NCBI GenBank assembly: GCA_963693365.1 | Contig: CAVNZM010000010.1 | Coordinates: 6,697,794 to 6,761,793, forward strand | Direction: 5' to 3' | Origin: Amoebidium appalachense | Taxonomy: Eukaryota; Protista; Ichthyosporea | DNA: 64,000 nt | Part shown: one piece after another, positions 35,851 through 49,645 of the stretch | Numbering within the stretch: the first letter of the stretch is position 1 | How the letters are laid out: each line of letters opens with the position of its first letter | The notes under the pieces: model-generated | Databases searched by the model: none | Told to the model about the DNA's origin: nothing | Seen by the model: the letters and a program-made list of their open reading frames with translations, nothing else | Translations under genes and position numbers: made by a program

Positions 35851-37441
35851 AGAAAAGGTTGGGGGGGCCCGGGGGGGCGTTTTTCGAGTGAAGCGGTTAG
35901 TATTACTACTGGCTAAACTAAATTCCTACCGCTTTATACAAAATTGCCCAGAGAACGAAAACCGCGTTTTTGTCGCCACTACATAGCTATAGGAGGTGCC
36001 CCGTGGACCCCGGTCCTGTTGTGCAGTTGAGACACAGCTGTTGGAAGTTGGACGTTCATTACATTTTACCAATCAGAGCGTAGGCTTGGAATTTGGAATG
36101 AATACGAAAGATCAGTTTCCATGACCTTTTATTTTAGGTTTTTATCAAGCACATGAAAAACTTTTTAAATGACATCTTAACTCCTTTTATAACCAAAATT
36201 AGTTTTTTGTGGTTGGTTTTGATATCGCCGAAAGCAGTTGTTGCTTAGCCAATCAATCACGGCTGTGGTGGTGCGGATTTAGCCACTCACGTACGTGGGC
36301 TGCACAGCAAAAGCTTTTCAAAGTTTTTTCGAACGGTGGACAATCCTAAGGCTATCTATGCCCTCCGATCCTCTCCTCCCTCCTCTCTCCCTCCCTCCCT
36401 CCCTCCTCCTCCCTCCCTCCTCCTTCCTCTCTCCTTCCTCCTCCCTCCTCCTTTCTCCTCCTCCTGCCTTTCTCCCTTTCTCCCCATTCCTCCCTCCGAC
36501 GCTGTGCTCGAGCCTCACCCCCTCATCCCTCCCCTCCTCCCTCCTCATTCCCCCGGGGTACCTACGTGTGGTCGACACGGAGTAAGGGTCTTGCTGAGGG
36601 GTTGTGCACAGATAATGTGGAGGTGGAGAAGTTTGAGGCATTAGGGATCGAAGTCGGAAGACGAAGAGGGCCACAGTCACGGTGGATTTTTAACAGCACG
36701 CCAAGCAAGCATATTTCAGCACCACTGAGTTTGCCGCTTTGGAGATCATGCCCAAATCACTTGCTTAATTAAGCATGGACATTATGGATGATTAGAGAAG
36801 GACCCGAGTCATTTGAATACCAATAAACCTCCAAAAGAAAGCCGAGAATATCAACGTGCAAGCCGCATCCCCCCGCCCTTCCCCCAACCAAACACACACA
36901 CGCACACACACACACACGTACACACGCGGTGCTTACACACGCACACACGGACACACGCACGCGTACACGCACACGCACACGCACACGCACACACACACAC
37001 ACACACACACATACGCACACGCACTCACACGCACACACGCACACAAACGCGCACACACGTGCGCACACACACACACGCACACACATGCACACAGACACAT
37101 GCATATGCACACACACACACACACACACACACACACCGTGACACACAGGTGATGTCAGCACTCAAACCTCCTTCTCAGAGCTCTCCTCCTCGAGCTCCTA
37201 AATTTATTATTAAATGCGCAGCACATCCAGTATCATACCGGTGTGATACGTGGGAATAGAGTTTCGATACATGTTTTCAGAACATCGCATTAAATTCCTT
37301 GGGTAATCTGCCTTGGTTTAACCGTTGCGATGCTCGGCAATAAACAACCCCCCCCTCCCCCCCCCCCCCCCCCCCCCCTTCTCCCCCAATCCCCCCCTTA
37401 CCACCAACCCGTCTCGACATTTTTGCTTTCTCCGGGCTCGT

Positions 37442-37481
<40 letters not shown>

Positions 37482-37898
37482 AAACACCACCACCACCACC
37501 ACCACCACCACCACCACCACACACACAAACATATTAACAAAAATACAAATTAAACAGCAACACAAACATATATAGACTTTGACCACCTGCCTTTTTCCCA
37601 GTGTAGTAAGCTCCCACACTATCTGGTTACTCGAGCACATGCAAAAGTTTAATAGTTTGTGTGTTGTTCAATGTTGTGTTATGAAATCCGGAGCAATCAC
37701 AGCAGTAACGTTGTGGGTTGCAGCTATCTCAATTGCGCCTCGGCCCCTGTGGCCAATCCTTAGTCAAGCAACTGAGTCTTTGGGACCTCGCATCACTGTC
37801 CACGGCCACTTGCTAACACCCCCCACCCCCTTCCTCCCCCCCTCCCCCCATAAACACACAAAGAGAGAGACACCACAAATATATATGCGCCCAGACCC

Positions 37899-37929
<31 letters not shown>

Positions 37930-39446
37930 ACACACATGCACACACGCACACACACCACACACACACAAAAACGTGCACACACACACACATTGGTACCGTA
38001 AACGGCTGTTGACCAGACAGAAAGGGCAGGTGTTATGGCCGCATTATGCAGTAAGATGCTGTACATAACCAAAGTTTGATTTGCCAAGTTAAAGGTGCAT
38101 ACGTGGTCACAGGGGGCTGGATTTAAAAAAAGGTTTCTAAAAACAACTAAAAAAGTATAAATACTGAAATCACTGGTTTTTTATAGACCAATCATTCGGG
38201 TGTGATCGCACCAGTTAGCAAATATAGAAATTTTGGCGGGAAGTTTGGCGCAAAAAGAAAAAAAGTTTTTTAGAAACGACTACAATTTAGGAATAAGCCT
38301 GGATTGAGATTTCTTGTATAAAAATTCTGACTTGTAGGCACATGGGCACGGACACAGTGCACAACAAACTAATTCACCCACAGCTTCGCATCACATCCCA
38401 CCCCATCAGGCGCCACCTCATACGTATTTTAAGCCCAGATCTAACAACTCCTTACCCCACCCCCCCCCCCCCCCCCCCCCCCCCCCCCTTCCCCCTTCCC
38501 CACACACACATAACCACATACACACAATATGAAGTGGAGAAAAAAGAAAAGATTTGGAAAAGAAAAGAAAAGAAACGTTCTCGAAGGGCAAAAAAAACAA
38601 AAAAAAAACAAAAAAAAAAAACAATCAATATATTTACCAACTTGGAAAGGAAAAACTTCAAACAAATAAAAAGTCGAAAAGAAACCGGGTACCCTTGTCT
38701 TTGTTTTCAAGTCACGTCCACGCCCGCACAAGTCCACCGTTGGTGCAGACTCACCTGCCAAATCCAGACCCACCCCTGCAGCATATTTATTGGGCGAGGA
38801 AGATAAAGAGGTATAGGCAGCCCCCACGGGCACACATGCATTCATGACCGTTGTGCTGTGGCTACATAAACACACCTTTAGTGTGCTGTATTCTCGAGGC
38901 ACATAAAATTTCTGCCTTATGATCACGTAAATTTACATTGAAATACACACACAGTCTGAGAGGGGGGGGGGGGGGAGGGGGAGAGAGAGAGGGAGAGGAG
39001 GGGGGAAGGAGGGAGGGAGGGAGGGAGGGAGGGAGGGAGGGAGGGAGGGAGAGAGGGAGGGAGGAGGGATGCCAGGGACGGAGGGAGGAAGGGAGGGGGG
39101 AGGGAGGGAAAGAGAGAGCCTTCTTTTTAAAGGGGGAAGGGGGGGGAGAGGAGAGGGGCCAGGTGTGGGAGGGAGAGGGGGGGGGGGGTGGGCGGGAGGA
39201 GGGGGGAGGGAGGGAGAAAGAAAGCCTTCTTTTTGGAGGGGGAAGGGGGAGGGAGGGGGGAGGAGGGGGGGCGCGGGGAGGGGGGGGGAGCGGGGGGGGG
39301 GGGGGGGGGGGGGGAAGGGGAGGGAGGGAGAGGGTGTGCGCAAACCTGTGTGTTTCGTGGTGGTGGTTCTGCGTGGAAAGTGCAAAACCACAACACAGAG
39401 AAGAAGATTTGCATATGTTTTAGGGAGCAGGATGGGGTTTTTTTTT

Positions 39447-39522
<76 letters not shown>

Positions 39523-39528
39523 AGTCAC

Positions 39529-41282
39529 CTAAAGTTCCACCGGCAGCTTATTCCTGATGGCCCTCTGCAAGTCAGCATTTTTTCTCTCTTGCTTTTTTAC
39601 CATCAGACGGACCCTGGGCCAGCAACCACTACGCACTTTGGCTGAACCGAGTCCTATTTTGGGGCACGAAGCGAGGGCCAATATGTCGATTCTGGGTGAA
39701 AAGATGGACACCTCAAATAGGTTTTCGTGCCCTTCGAACCCCCTTAACGTGCGAATTTTACTCACGCGTACGAGTGATAGGAATCGGATGGTGGGAATGT
39801 GCGTAAGTACTTCAATATCCGACAGTTGGCGGCATTGATGAAGGTCCACGTGGGTGAGCGCTCCGGTGGTGGTGGGTGGATGGCCGAGTGAACGAAGTGT
39901 CGGACAGTTCTGTATGCTGAGGCTTTCAAGCATCGGGCTGTTGAGAGGGAAAAGGGTGGTGCCGCCGAAGTTTACCAACGTAAGGTGGACTAGAGAGGTG
40001 GGTGGGTGGATAAGGTGCATGTCGGTGTCGGGAGCATCCCAAATGATTAAATCTTTGAGCCCGTGGCAGTGTGTTATAAAGCCAAGGTGTGGGTCGTCTG
40101 AGAGTGAGGCGCTGTCCAAAACTAGGTGCCTAAGGTGTTCGTGCGAGGATGTTGATTTGATGCTTGCCAGATTGCTCACTCTATGTAGGAATAGGTTGGA
40201 GAGGTGGGGATGGTAATCCAAAACCAATTCGTTACTAGTATCTGCCAAAGGGTCATGTGGAATCTCGCACGTACAATCTACCAACTTGAGAGTGGTGAGT
40301 GCGCTAAGGGACACGAGTGTGTCAAGCCACGTATTGTGAACATCGCTGAGGATTTCAGTGTTGTTTGGGCCGCTAGGGATGAAATCAAATTTAGTGTGTC
40401 GAACGGTAGCATCACCCCTCTAGAAGAAAGCTCAACCGACTGCAACTGCCATGCTTCGAAATCGGGTAGACCACCCGGCAGCCCTTTGCAGGACAAAGAA
40501 ATGCGGCGTAGCCGTGAACACTTCGCCAATACATCAACACTCACGGACTGCGATACATCAAACACAACCACTTCCAACTTGGGCAAGCTGAGAAGCACCA
40601 GCACAGTATCGTTAAACCCTCCAAACCACGTGTACACGTCAACGACCGTGAGCTTTGGGCAAAGCTGCAACACTGCCAGGTCGACCGATGATATGTTGCT
40701 GATTTTGAGTTGTATGCGCTCGAGGTTTGGGCACGCTGAGAGGAATACGTTGAGCAGCTCACCGTTTGCGCGTTCAGTTTTCCCACACTTTCTTGACAAA
40801 TTGCCATCTCTCGTGAGAACTTGGGTTGTTATCCATGTCACCAAGATCAAGGGTAAAAGCCCTTAGTTTGCTTCCGACGGTTTCGATCAACGATGTAACG
40901 AGCAGAATGTACCCGGAGCTGTTTTCCATGAAACGCAAACTTTTTCCAAATTGGGAAGTAGGGGAATCTGGCAGAAAGTAGCAAGAAAATTTTTCTTGTG
41001 CTGCACAAACACACGTGGTCTATTCATCCAATCGACGTCTAGCACTACCACACCTATTGCCGCATGCCATAGTGTCGATGTGGCCAACTTATCAGACACC
41101 ACACTGGCCCCACGACGGTTAGGGAACCCGTAGTGACCAAAAGACATTCGTATAAGCCCGGACTGGGGGGAACGTGCTAGGGCGCAGCATCGGCGGCAGA
41201 CCAGCGAAAAAGTCTTGCGGTCAGCCAACGGCAAAAAGCGGATGATGTGGGTGATGAGCTCGGGGGGAAGAGCCAGGAGGGG
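39529..41282 (-). pseudogene. F-box/leucine-rich-repeat gene broken by several frameshifts (pseudogene or consensus errors)
   Basis: F-box motif LLALPPELITHIIRFLPLADRKTFSLVCRR at ~41282-41190. LRR-like segments (CPNLERIQL, CPKLTVVDV, LESLSIQNCPTLRSL, LTHVDLHQCRQLSDI) are spread over ORFs 41234-40887, 40850-40278 and 40314-39529 in shifting frames. There is an in-frame TAG immediately upstream and no ATG. Confidence 0.7.
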
Positions 41283-41482
41283 CTATGCTCTGAGGGCAGG
41301 CAAGGTGGGTTAAAAATGTGCACAAAAAGGGAGAAAAATATATATCTTCAATGTTTGCTACAACACGCGCTGCTTCTGGATCATATCCCCCCCCCCCCCC
41401 CCCCCTCCCCGGGCCCCCCTCTCCCCATGCTCCCCCCCCCCCCCCCCCCCCCCCGGGCCCACCCCCCCTTCCGCCCCTCCTT

Positions 41483-41562
41483 CCCGGGGGGTGCCTTCTA
41501 GATCTAACCGGGGTTGCCTTATCCCGGGGGGTGCCTTCTAGATCTAACCGGGGTTGCCTTAT
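41483..41562. repeat. 40-bp tandem duplication
   Basis: CCCGGGGGGGTGCCTTCTAGATCTAACCGGGGTTGCCTTAT-like unit, twice. Confidence 0.9.
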
Positions 41563-42108
41563 AAGTTAAGAAGTCACTCCGTATTTGTGCAGGTCAGAGA
41601 GGGGGGGGGGGGGGGGGGGGGGGAGGGGGGGGGGGGGGAGAGGGGAGAAGGAGAGAGGAAGATAGGGAGAGGGAGAGCGAGGGGGAGGGAGAGAGGGAGG
41701 GAGGGAGGGGGGTTGGGAGGGAGGGGGGAGGGGGGGAGGGGGGGAGGGAGGGAGGGAGGGAGGGAGGGGGGAGGGAGGGAGGGAGGGAGAGGGAGAGAGG
41801 GGGGGGGAGCAAGAAAGAGCCTCGGGGGGGAAGGGGGGGAGGGGGGGGGGGGGAGAGAGAGAGAGAGAGAGAAAGAGAAAGACAAAGAGAGAGTTCCTTG
41901 AAGGAGAGGGGGGCATTAGGAGAAGGAGGGGGAAGGAGATAGTAGAAGAGAGGGGGGGGGGGGGAGGGAGGGGGAGAGGGAGGGAGAGGGGGAGGGGAGG
42001 GAGAGTTCTTGACCGTGAGGATCAGAATGCGCAAGTGTGTGCACCAGCCGACAACGTGCCTATACGGTGATCCACACACGTGCATGCATACACACACACA
42101 CCGTGTGA

Positions 42109-42146
<38 letters not shown>

Positions 42147-43352
42147 CGTGTGTGCGTGCGTGCGTGCATGCGTGCGTGTGTGTGTGTGTGTGCGTGCGTG
42201 TGTGTGTGTGCATGTGCGCACGTGTGTGCGTGGCTGTAAATTACCTGCTTGGCCTTAAATTCAAGGTGGTAGAGTCACCCCAGGTTACAAACCCCCCCCC
42301 CCCCCCCCCTGGTAGCTCAGCGGATGACTCTTACTGTATGTCAAGGGTGAATAGGCCAGGGAGTGAGATGTGGTTGGGCGGAGAACTTCAAGGTGAGGAT
42401 GGGAAGGGGTATTAGACTCACCGGCCCTCTGTCTGGCGGTGCTTCGTAGCAGCATTTTGTTTTGGCGGCTGTGGGGTGGCAAAAACAGTTGGCTGCAGTG
42501 ACAGGGAAACGGCAAACAATGTGGGAGTAGGCTTTGTTGAGGATGTTTGCGTGTGGGGGGGGGGGGGGGGGGGAGGGGGGGGGGGTCTACGATTTAAAAA
42601 AGGTTTGGTAATTTTCTTTGTTTCTTGCTCAGTTACTGTACTAGAAGGGGTTTCTCTCGCCTAACCTGGAGTAGTAGTGGCTCTGAATTATGTTTCCCTA
42701 GAGGGCCTGTAAAGGCTCTCCGGGAACAAAACGTGAAACAAAACAAAAAGAAAGGTGACTCTGAATTATCCGGATTGGAGACCTCCCGGGGTTGTCACAG
42801 CCAAACGCGTGCCAACACGAATTCGTGCTTTGCCAACACGAATTCGTGTTCGCTTTTTATGCTGTCAACCTACCTGTCTCAAAGTCGCGAGCTCCCTTAT
42901 GATCAAGTTCAAGGATCTTAGCATCTGTCAAGGCCCACATGCTCAAGTATGTGCTCATTGTCAATGATCTTATATGACATAGTGATTATCTTTGAGACCC
43001 TACTATTCAACCTGAAGGGTGTTTACGTTAACTTACATCATGGGGAGGAGGAGGGGGGCAGGGGGGGGGGGGGGGGAGGGGGTGTGGAGGGAGGGAACTC
43101 AGCACATCACATGTACGGCCGCTATGACTACTTGTATATCCTTACTGTTGAACCTGATTAAGCATACACTACTACTATGATTAGCGGCAGTTCACATAAC
43201 ATTAAAGCTCACTATTAAAGTGTAATCCGAGTCACTTGATCACCAGACACCGTTCGGGCTATCTGACGACGGTCATGCTCGAGAGCCCCCTTCCCCCCCC
43301 CCCCCCCCCCCCTCCTCCTCCCCCCCCCCCCCCCCCCCCGCGCCCTCCCCTC

Positions 43353-43579
43353 CCCCCTTCCCCCCTCCTTCTCTCTCGCCTCCGCCCTCCCACCCCCTCC
43401 CCCCCCTTCTTCTCCCTCTCTTTCTTCCTCTCCCCCCTCTCCTCTCTCTTCCTCTCTTCTCTTCCTCTCCCCCTCCCTCTCAAAGAGTTCCCTCTGTCTC
43501 CTCTCCTCTCTCTCTCTCTCTCTCACCCCCCCTCCCCCCCCCCCCTCTCTCTCTTTCTCTCTCTCGCTCTCTCTCTCTT

Positions 43580-43615
<36 letters not shown>

Positions 43616-44179
43616 CCCACCCCCCCTCCCCCTCCCCCCTCTCCTCTTCTCTCTCTTCCCTCTCCCCGGTCACATTGTGGTTGCATATTGGAATTTCAAA
43701 TGGTTTGATGTTGCGTGCTACTATAAATGCAGAACAGGTTCCCCCCCCCCCCCCCCTCCCCCCCCCCCCCCCCCCCCGGGCACGCCCACCTCGCCGCGAC
43801 CTCTGGCCCCAACCTGAATAGACAGAAGATTCGCCTGTGCACATCGAAAAAGTTGTGTGCTCTCGCCTCCTGGGGGGAAAAGGGGTGGTCAAGTCCGGAG
43901 GAGGGGCCTCAAATCGACAGACAGATACAACTGCAGACAAAAATCAAAACAGGATGCTACCCCCCTTCCCCCCTCCTTCTCTCTCGCTTCCGCTCTCCCC
44001 CCCCCCTCCCCCCCCCCTTCTTCTCCCTCTCTTTCTTCCTCCCCCCCCCTCTCCTCTCTCTTCCTCTCTTTTCTTCCTCCCCCCCTCCCTCGCAAAGAGT
44101 TCCCTCTCTCTCTCTCTCTCTCCCCCCCCCCCTCCCCCCCCCCCCTCTCTCTCTTTCTCTCTCTCGCTCTCTCTCTCTT

Positions 44180-44213
<34 letters not shown>

Positions 44214-44569
44214 CCCCCCCCCCCCTCCCCTCCCCCCCTCTCCTCTTCTCTCTCTTCCCTCTCCCCGGTCACATTGTGGTTGCATATTAATTGGAATTTT
44301 AAATGGTTTGATGTAGCGTGCTACTATAAATGCAGAACAGGTTCCCCCCTCCCCCCGTCCCCCCCCCCCCCCCCCCCCCCCCCCCGGGGCACCCCCAACC
44401 TCGCTGCGACCTCTGGCCCCAACCTGAATAGACAGAAGATTCGCCTGTGCACATCGAAAAAGTTGTGTGCTCTCGCCTCCTGGGGGGAAAAGGGGTGGTC
44501 AAGTCCGGAGGAGGGGCCTCAAATCGACAGACAGATACAACTGCAGACAAAAATCAAAACAGGATGCTA
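43353..44569. repeat. ~610-bp tandem duplication (two slightly diverged copies)
   Basis: 43353-43959 vs 43960-44569: same CT-rich block followed by the same unique sequence GGTCACATTGTGG...AGGATGCTA. Confidence 0.9.
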
Positions 44570-45330
44570 TGAAGGGTATATAAAGAAAATTCATAGCAGG
44601 ATTAGTGACGTGTATCCCACCATTACTGCCCTCTTTGATAGGGCTTGCACGTGTAGGCGCTACTTTTCCAGGGACTTGCAGTATACACATGGTGCTGTAA
44701 ATATTATGTTCTTGAATCGAATCCAGTTCGATCTAACTAGCCTTCAAACAGCAGCTAATACAAGATACTACTATGCAGCTACCTCAGCCTGTTCGTAAGG
44801 AAGGGCTAATCACGTGTGCCACTAGTTGCACGTGCCTATCACCTCAGCTGGACACAACAACCACGGGTGGATTTCTTCGAACAAAAGACCCAACTACACA
44901 AGCTGACGCTGACTTATAGCCTAAAACGGCAAGTCTTTGAATGCAGTTATTGGCTTTTTCCGCAGGACCTGCGTTGGTGGATGGCCTGTTGGTTAAAGCA
45001 ACCAAAGAACCGATACCGGGGTCACACTCTACTGCCGACCAACTCAGGCGGTTCCTATGCGCAAGAGGCCGCTGATCCCCCCCCCCCCCCCCCCCCAAAA
45101 AAAAAAAAAAAAAAAAAAAAAATTGGGGGGAAAAAAAACAAAAAAAAAACACCCACCCACATACCGGCACAACCACCAAACAAAAATACAAACAAAACTA
45201 ACAACACAATCATAGACGTGGGCCGTCGTCGAAATAGTGATAACGCCTGCACGGGTCCGAAATCGGATAATCTGAAATCCGATCGGCGGACTTCGCACGG
45301 CTGCCCTGAGCACATACACTTTGCTACTGC

Positions 45331-45390
<60 letters not shown>

Positions 45391-46501
45391 TATTATGGCA
45401 CAGAGAGGCACACATACATGCGTGAGGATGCGCGAGCTCATTCGTGCGGACACGTCCACACACACACACACACAGACGTGTATGCACACTGGCACATACA
45501 CACACACACACACACCGTCACTAGAGCGTGCGTGCTACACATGTACACCCCTCCACGCACACCCATACCTGAACACACACGACACAGTGTCACTGATACA
45601 CATACACATACACACGAGGGCTCTTTTCCCTCTCTACCCACCCACCCTGGAGGTGCGAGTACTGTGAGTCAGAAAACGGATGCGGGAGTGTTTCGACGGG
45701 GACCCACCTAATCCAATCATAACAAGTTGGATGTGACAGAGTTAATGATTCGCATTTATAGACTAGTAGGAGCTAATGCCTGTGTGACTACTTTCATTGC
45801 CCCCTCTAACTGCAAGGTGCAGAAAGGAAAAGGAGGGTTGCCTCTTCACACCCCTCGTCCCCCATGCCATTTTCTTTCCCCCTTCCCCCCCCCCCCATCA
45901 CCACGCTTCCCACCCGACTCCCATATGTCCCAATGGGGAATCTGAAGTAAGTTTGTTTGGAATGGTTCATTTCGATGGTTGACAAAACAGTTTATTTGTT
46001 ACTGATGGCTCTTCAAGGTAAAGAAGACGAGATCTGGTAGTGTTCTTTAACTTGTCGTTGTGCCTTTTTGTACTAGTAGCAGAAGCTAGGAAGTGTCGCC
46101 CCAAAAGAAGAGATTTGGAAAAGCATGCCATACTATAGTACTGTTGCGTCTAGGGCCTAGGAGTAGCTACGGGTATTAAAAAAGAGATCGGATTTGTTTG
46201 TTTACTGTAATTAACATTAGCCTAGATTGAGGCCTAAAGGTTATTAATAATATGTTAAAACTGATTAAATAAGCACCATACTACCGTAGGTTTGCCAGTG
46301 CCTATGCTCGTATTAATAAGACGCCATACATAAATACCGTGCATCAAAAAAGATCACAAAATCTCCGGTTACCATGTTCTACACAAACCTCACTGAAACA
46401 GTTCCTCCCCACCTCCGCACCGGGCGCACTTGCCCCGCACACATATACGGGCCGGGTGCTACACATGCCCCTACCCTCTGTCAATGGAATACACCTAGGT
46501 T

Positions 46502-48677
46502 TTATTCGTCGACGTCAGATTTAATGCACTTGCCGCCTTCTGGCAGGGTGAAGTAGTCGCACTTGAGAGCTGTGTCACATGACTGGGGGTTCCATGTAAC
46601 AAAGTTGAAATTCGTGGGGCCCATAAACACGTCCTTGGGTGCCGTCTGCGTGGTGTAAACGTGGTGAGTGGTGTGTATGGGTGAGAATGCGGAAGAACAA
46701 ACCAATTAGGAGATAGAGAAGGCACAGTTTGGCTGGTAGAAGTGCGCCCGGAGGGTGGGTGGGTGTGTGGCATAGGTGGCGGTGGGGCTGGTGGTGGTGA
46801 TGGGGGGGGGAGGGGGGGGGGGGGGGGGGAAAGGGGGGAAGGGGGGAGAGCAGCGAGGACTGGGAATGGAGGGGGGAGGGGGGGGGGAGGGTGGCTTAGA
46901 GCTTCTACATTAGAGAAGGAGCAAGGAGGACTCAAAAGGAGAAACCGAAGGGGGTGGGGGCAGGAGGGGTGGGGGGAGGGGGGGGGGGGGGGGGGGGAAT
47001 ATCGTTAGCTTTTGAGTAAGATGTGTTGATGGACAAACGAAGGGAAGGTGGGGGGGTGGAGGGGGAGGGGTGGGGGCGGAGGAGGGGTGGAATGAGGCAA
47101 GGGGGGTGAGGGGAGCGGGGGGGGGGGGCTTCTATTGTTTACCTCGATGCAGTTCTTCTCCAGATAGATCACGTTGAGCTTGGGATTGTTCTTGAGCAGG
47201 CTAGCGGGGAGGGACGTGAGCTTGTTCTCGTTAAGCCACAGCTCGACTAGTTGGGGATTGGCCGTCACAAAGTTGGCAGGCAGTGCTTCAATTTGGTTGG
47301 TTCGGAGGTTCAGGTTGGAAAGCTCGGGGTTGGAGCTGTGATGGGATATTTGATTAGCACCATGTGTGGTACTTATTTGATCTGCTTTATTGGTGATCTT
47401 GTTTTGTGCACTACTGAGCTGCGGGTTTGTGCAAAGAACCCAATACCACAACCACGCGAATGTGTACGCACACACACACACACAAAAAAATAGCACAGCA
47501 TGCTCCGTTCCAACTCACCTCACAAGGTCATCGGGCAGAGCAGTAATGTTGTTTCCACTGAAGGTCAGCTGACCCAGCTTCTTCTGTTTCTTCAACAGCC
47601 CCTTGGGTATGGCGGTGATGGCATTGTCCCTCATATCGACCCACTTCAGAGAGGGTGAGGAATCGAGGAGACCGGCAGGCAGAGTTGTGAAGTTCTTGTT
47701 GCCGCGGAAGTAGAGTTCAGTGAGTTTTTTGTGTGCTGCAAGAGCCTTGGGTGTGATGGAGGTGATGCTGTTTTCGATGAAGAGGAGCTTCAGCTGGGGT
47801 AGGTCTGTAAGGAATGCGGTGTCAGCATACAACACAGCAAATACATGCAGTGGAAGACATGGTCCGCAAAGAAGATAGTACACGGCTGAAAGGGGGGAGG
47901 AGGGGAGATCTTGTGGGAACCAAAGAAACGAACTCTTGAATTTCAAAATGGCACTAGCTAAAGGCTTAGGGTCACGTTTGTTTTGTGGCAGGAGGAGAAG
48001 GAGGAGGGGGAGGGGGGAAGGGGCGGGGGGGGGGGGGGGGGGGGGGGGAGGGGGGAGGGGGGGGGGGGATGGGGTGGCAAGAGTTACATTATAGGGCAAC
48101 AGCAAAATGGGTTTGGTGCCAAGACACCAGTAGAGACATGCAATAGAACCTCACCTGCAGTCAGTGACCCGTCAAATTCCCCGATGTTCCAGTCCTGCAG
48201 AAACAGGTTCTTAAGGGACGGGATCTTGAAGGTTCCTTTAACTACCTTGATAGCATCCACCGGGGCCTTGATTGTCAGTTTGCCCAGTTTTGTGTTTTGC
48301 TTAAAGAGGTCAGCCGGGAGACTTGTGAATGTGCCCCACATTTGAATGTCGCCGACATTGGGCATGTTGTCCAACAAGCCTGCGGGGATGGAGCTGTGCA
48401 CAGAGTGTAAGTCAGCGTGTAAGCCTTAACACTTTGATTTACTTATTGCAGGCTGCAACACAGGGCCTAGTCGATTTTCAAGAAAGAAAGTGGCCATTGA
48501 GGTACTGTGCAGGAAAATATACGTCCTCGCTTGTTTCGAAGTGCTTTTTGTTTATTAAATAAAACCCCTCCTTCTCTTCTTTTTCTTTTCATTCGTTCTA
48601 TGCGCGCTGCCGCGCGGTGTGCGTGTACACGTGCGTGCGTGCGTGTGTCATTGTCTGTGTGTGTGTGTGTGTGTCAT

Positions 48678-48749
<72 letters not shown>

Positions 48750-49134
48750 GGGAGGGGAAGAAGGGGAGGGGGATCTTACGGGATATCCGGCCGGAGGGTC
48801 AGATCTGTCACTGCTTCACAGCCCTCACTGAAGGCCCCCGGAAGCACACCGGTGATGCCTGCCTTGCTTAACCTGCAGTAAAAACAGTGGGTAAATTGCG
48901 CTGAGTATAATTTGTGCAGGAAATTCACGTGAGAGAGAATCACATCGAACTGAAACTCGGTCCTTAAAATCTGCCCAACTGTTACAGCACCACCACAGTG
49001 TTTGTGAGCTGGTGTAGAAGACAAAAGGAGGAAAAGAAAGGGGGGGGGGGGGGGGGGGGTAGAGAGAGGGAGGTTGGAGTCTTTTTTCTTTCTTTCTTCA
49101 AGTTCATTCTTTCTTCCTTCCTTTCTCTCTCTCT

Positions 49135-49187
<53 letters not shown>

Positions 49188-49480
49188 GGGGGGGTGGCGT
49201 ACTGAAGCGGAACCCTCCCTGTGGAAGTACTCTTGATCTTGCAGTTCTTCAGATAGTTTGCGTAGCGTTTGCACGCACCCTCCCCAGTAACCACCTCACA
49301 CGTGGCACAGTAGCTGTCCTCACATGCTTTACGCACTGTCCCAAAAAAATCTATAATCACGGTCTTGGTGGCGCACTTGCTCGCGTCAACTTTGGCCGCA
49401 CCGTCTGGCAAAGGGGCTGCATATACAACACCTACTGCGGCCAGGGCCGCCAACGACGCAAGAGCGTGTGTGAGAGACAT
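46502..49480 (-). CDS. Secreted leucine-rich-repeat protein with signal peptide and Cys-rich N- and C-caps (6 exons)
   Basis: Exons 49480-49203, 48872-48780, 48393-48155, 47804-47519, 47335-47143, 46645-46502 (GT-AG, in phase). The N-terminus is hydrophobic ([21 protein letters not shown]); extracellular-type LRRs such as [19 protein letters not shown]; no TM segment seen. Confidence 0.88.
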
Positions 49481-49557
49481 GATTACAAAAAGATGAGAAG
49501 GGAAAGAACACAGTAGGGAAGGAAGAAAACAACTGAGGGCGGCGAGTTGCCTCCCCG

Positions 49558-49645
49558 AGTTATATAAAACCTCCGAATGGTTTTCGTAATCTACCAGCAG
49601 CCAATGAAAGCCAAGCGGATGAAATAACAGGGGTTCATTGGCGGA
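49558..49645 (-). promoter_or_regulatory. Putative core promoter of the LRR gene (TATA-like element and CCAAT boxes)
   Basis: TTATATAA at 49560-49567, ~80 bp upstream of the ATG; CCAAT motifs at ~49601 (+) and ~49637 (-). Based on motif and position only. Confidence 0.35.

Noticed and set aside
40204-40866. 220-aa plus-strand ORF
   Set aside because: Antisense shadow of the F-box/LRR sequence, with no recognisable motif.
42810-42848. CRISPR-like or regulatory direct repeat TGCCAACACGAATTCGTG x2
   Set aside because: Only two adjacent units with no spacers, in a eukaryotic context; a simple slippage duplication.
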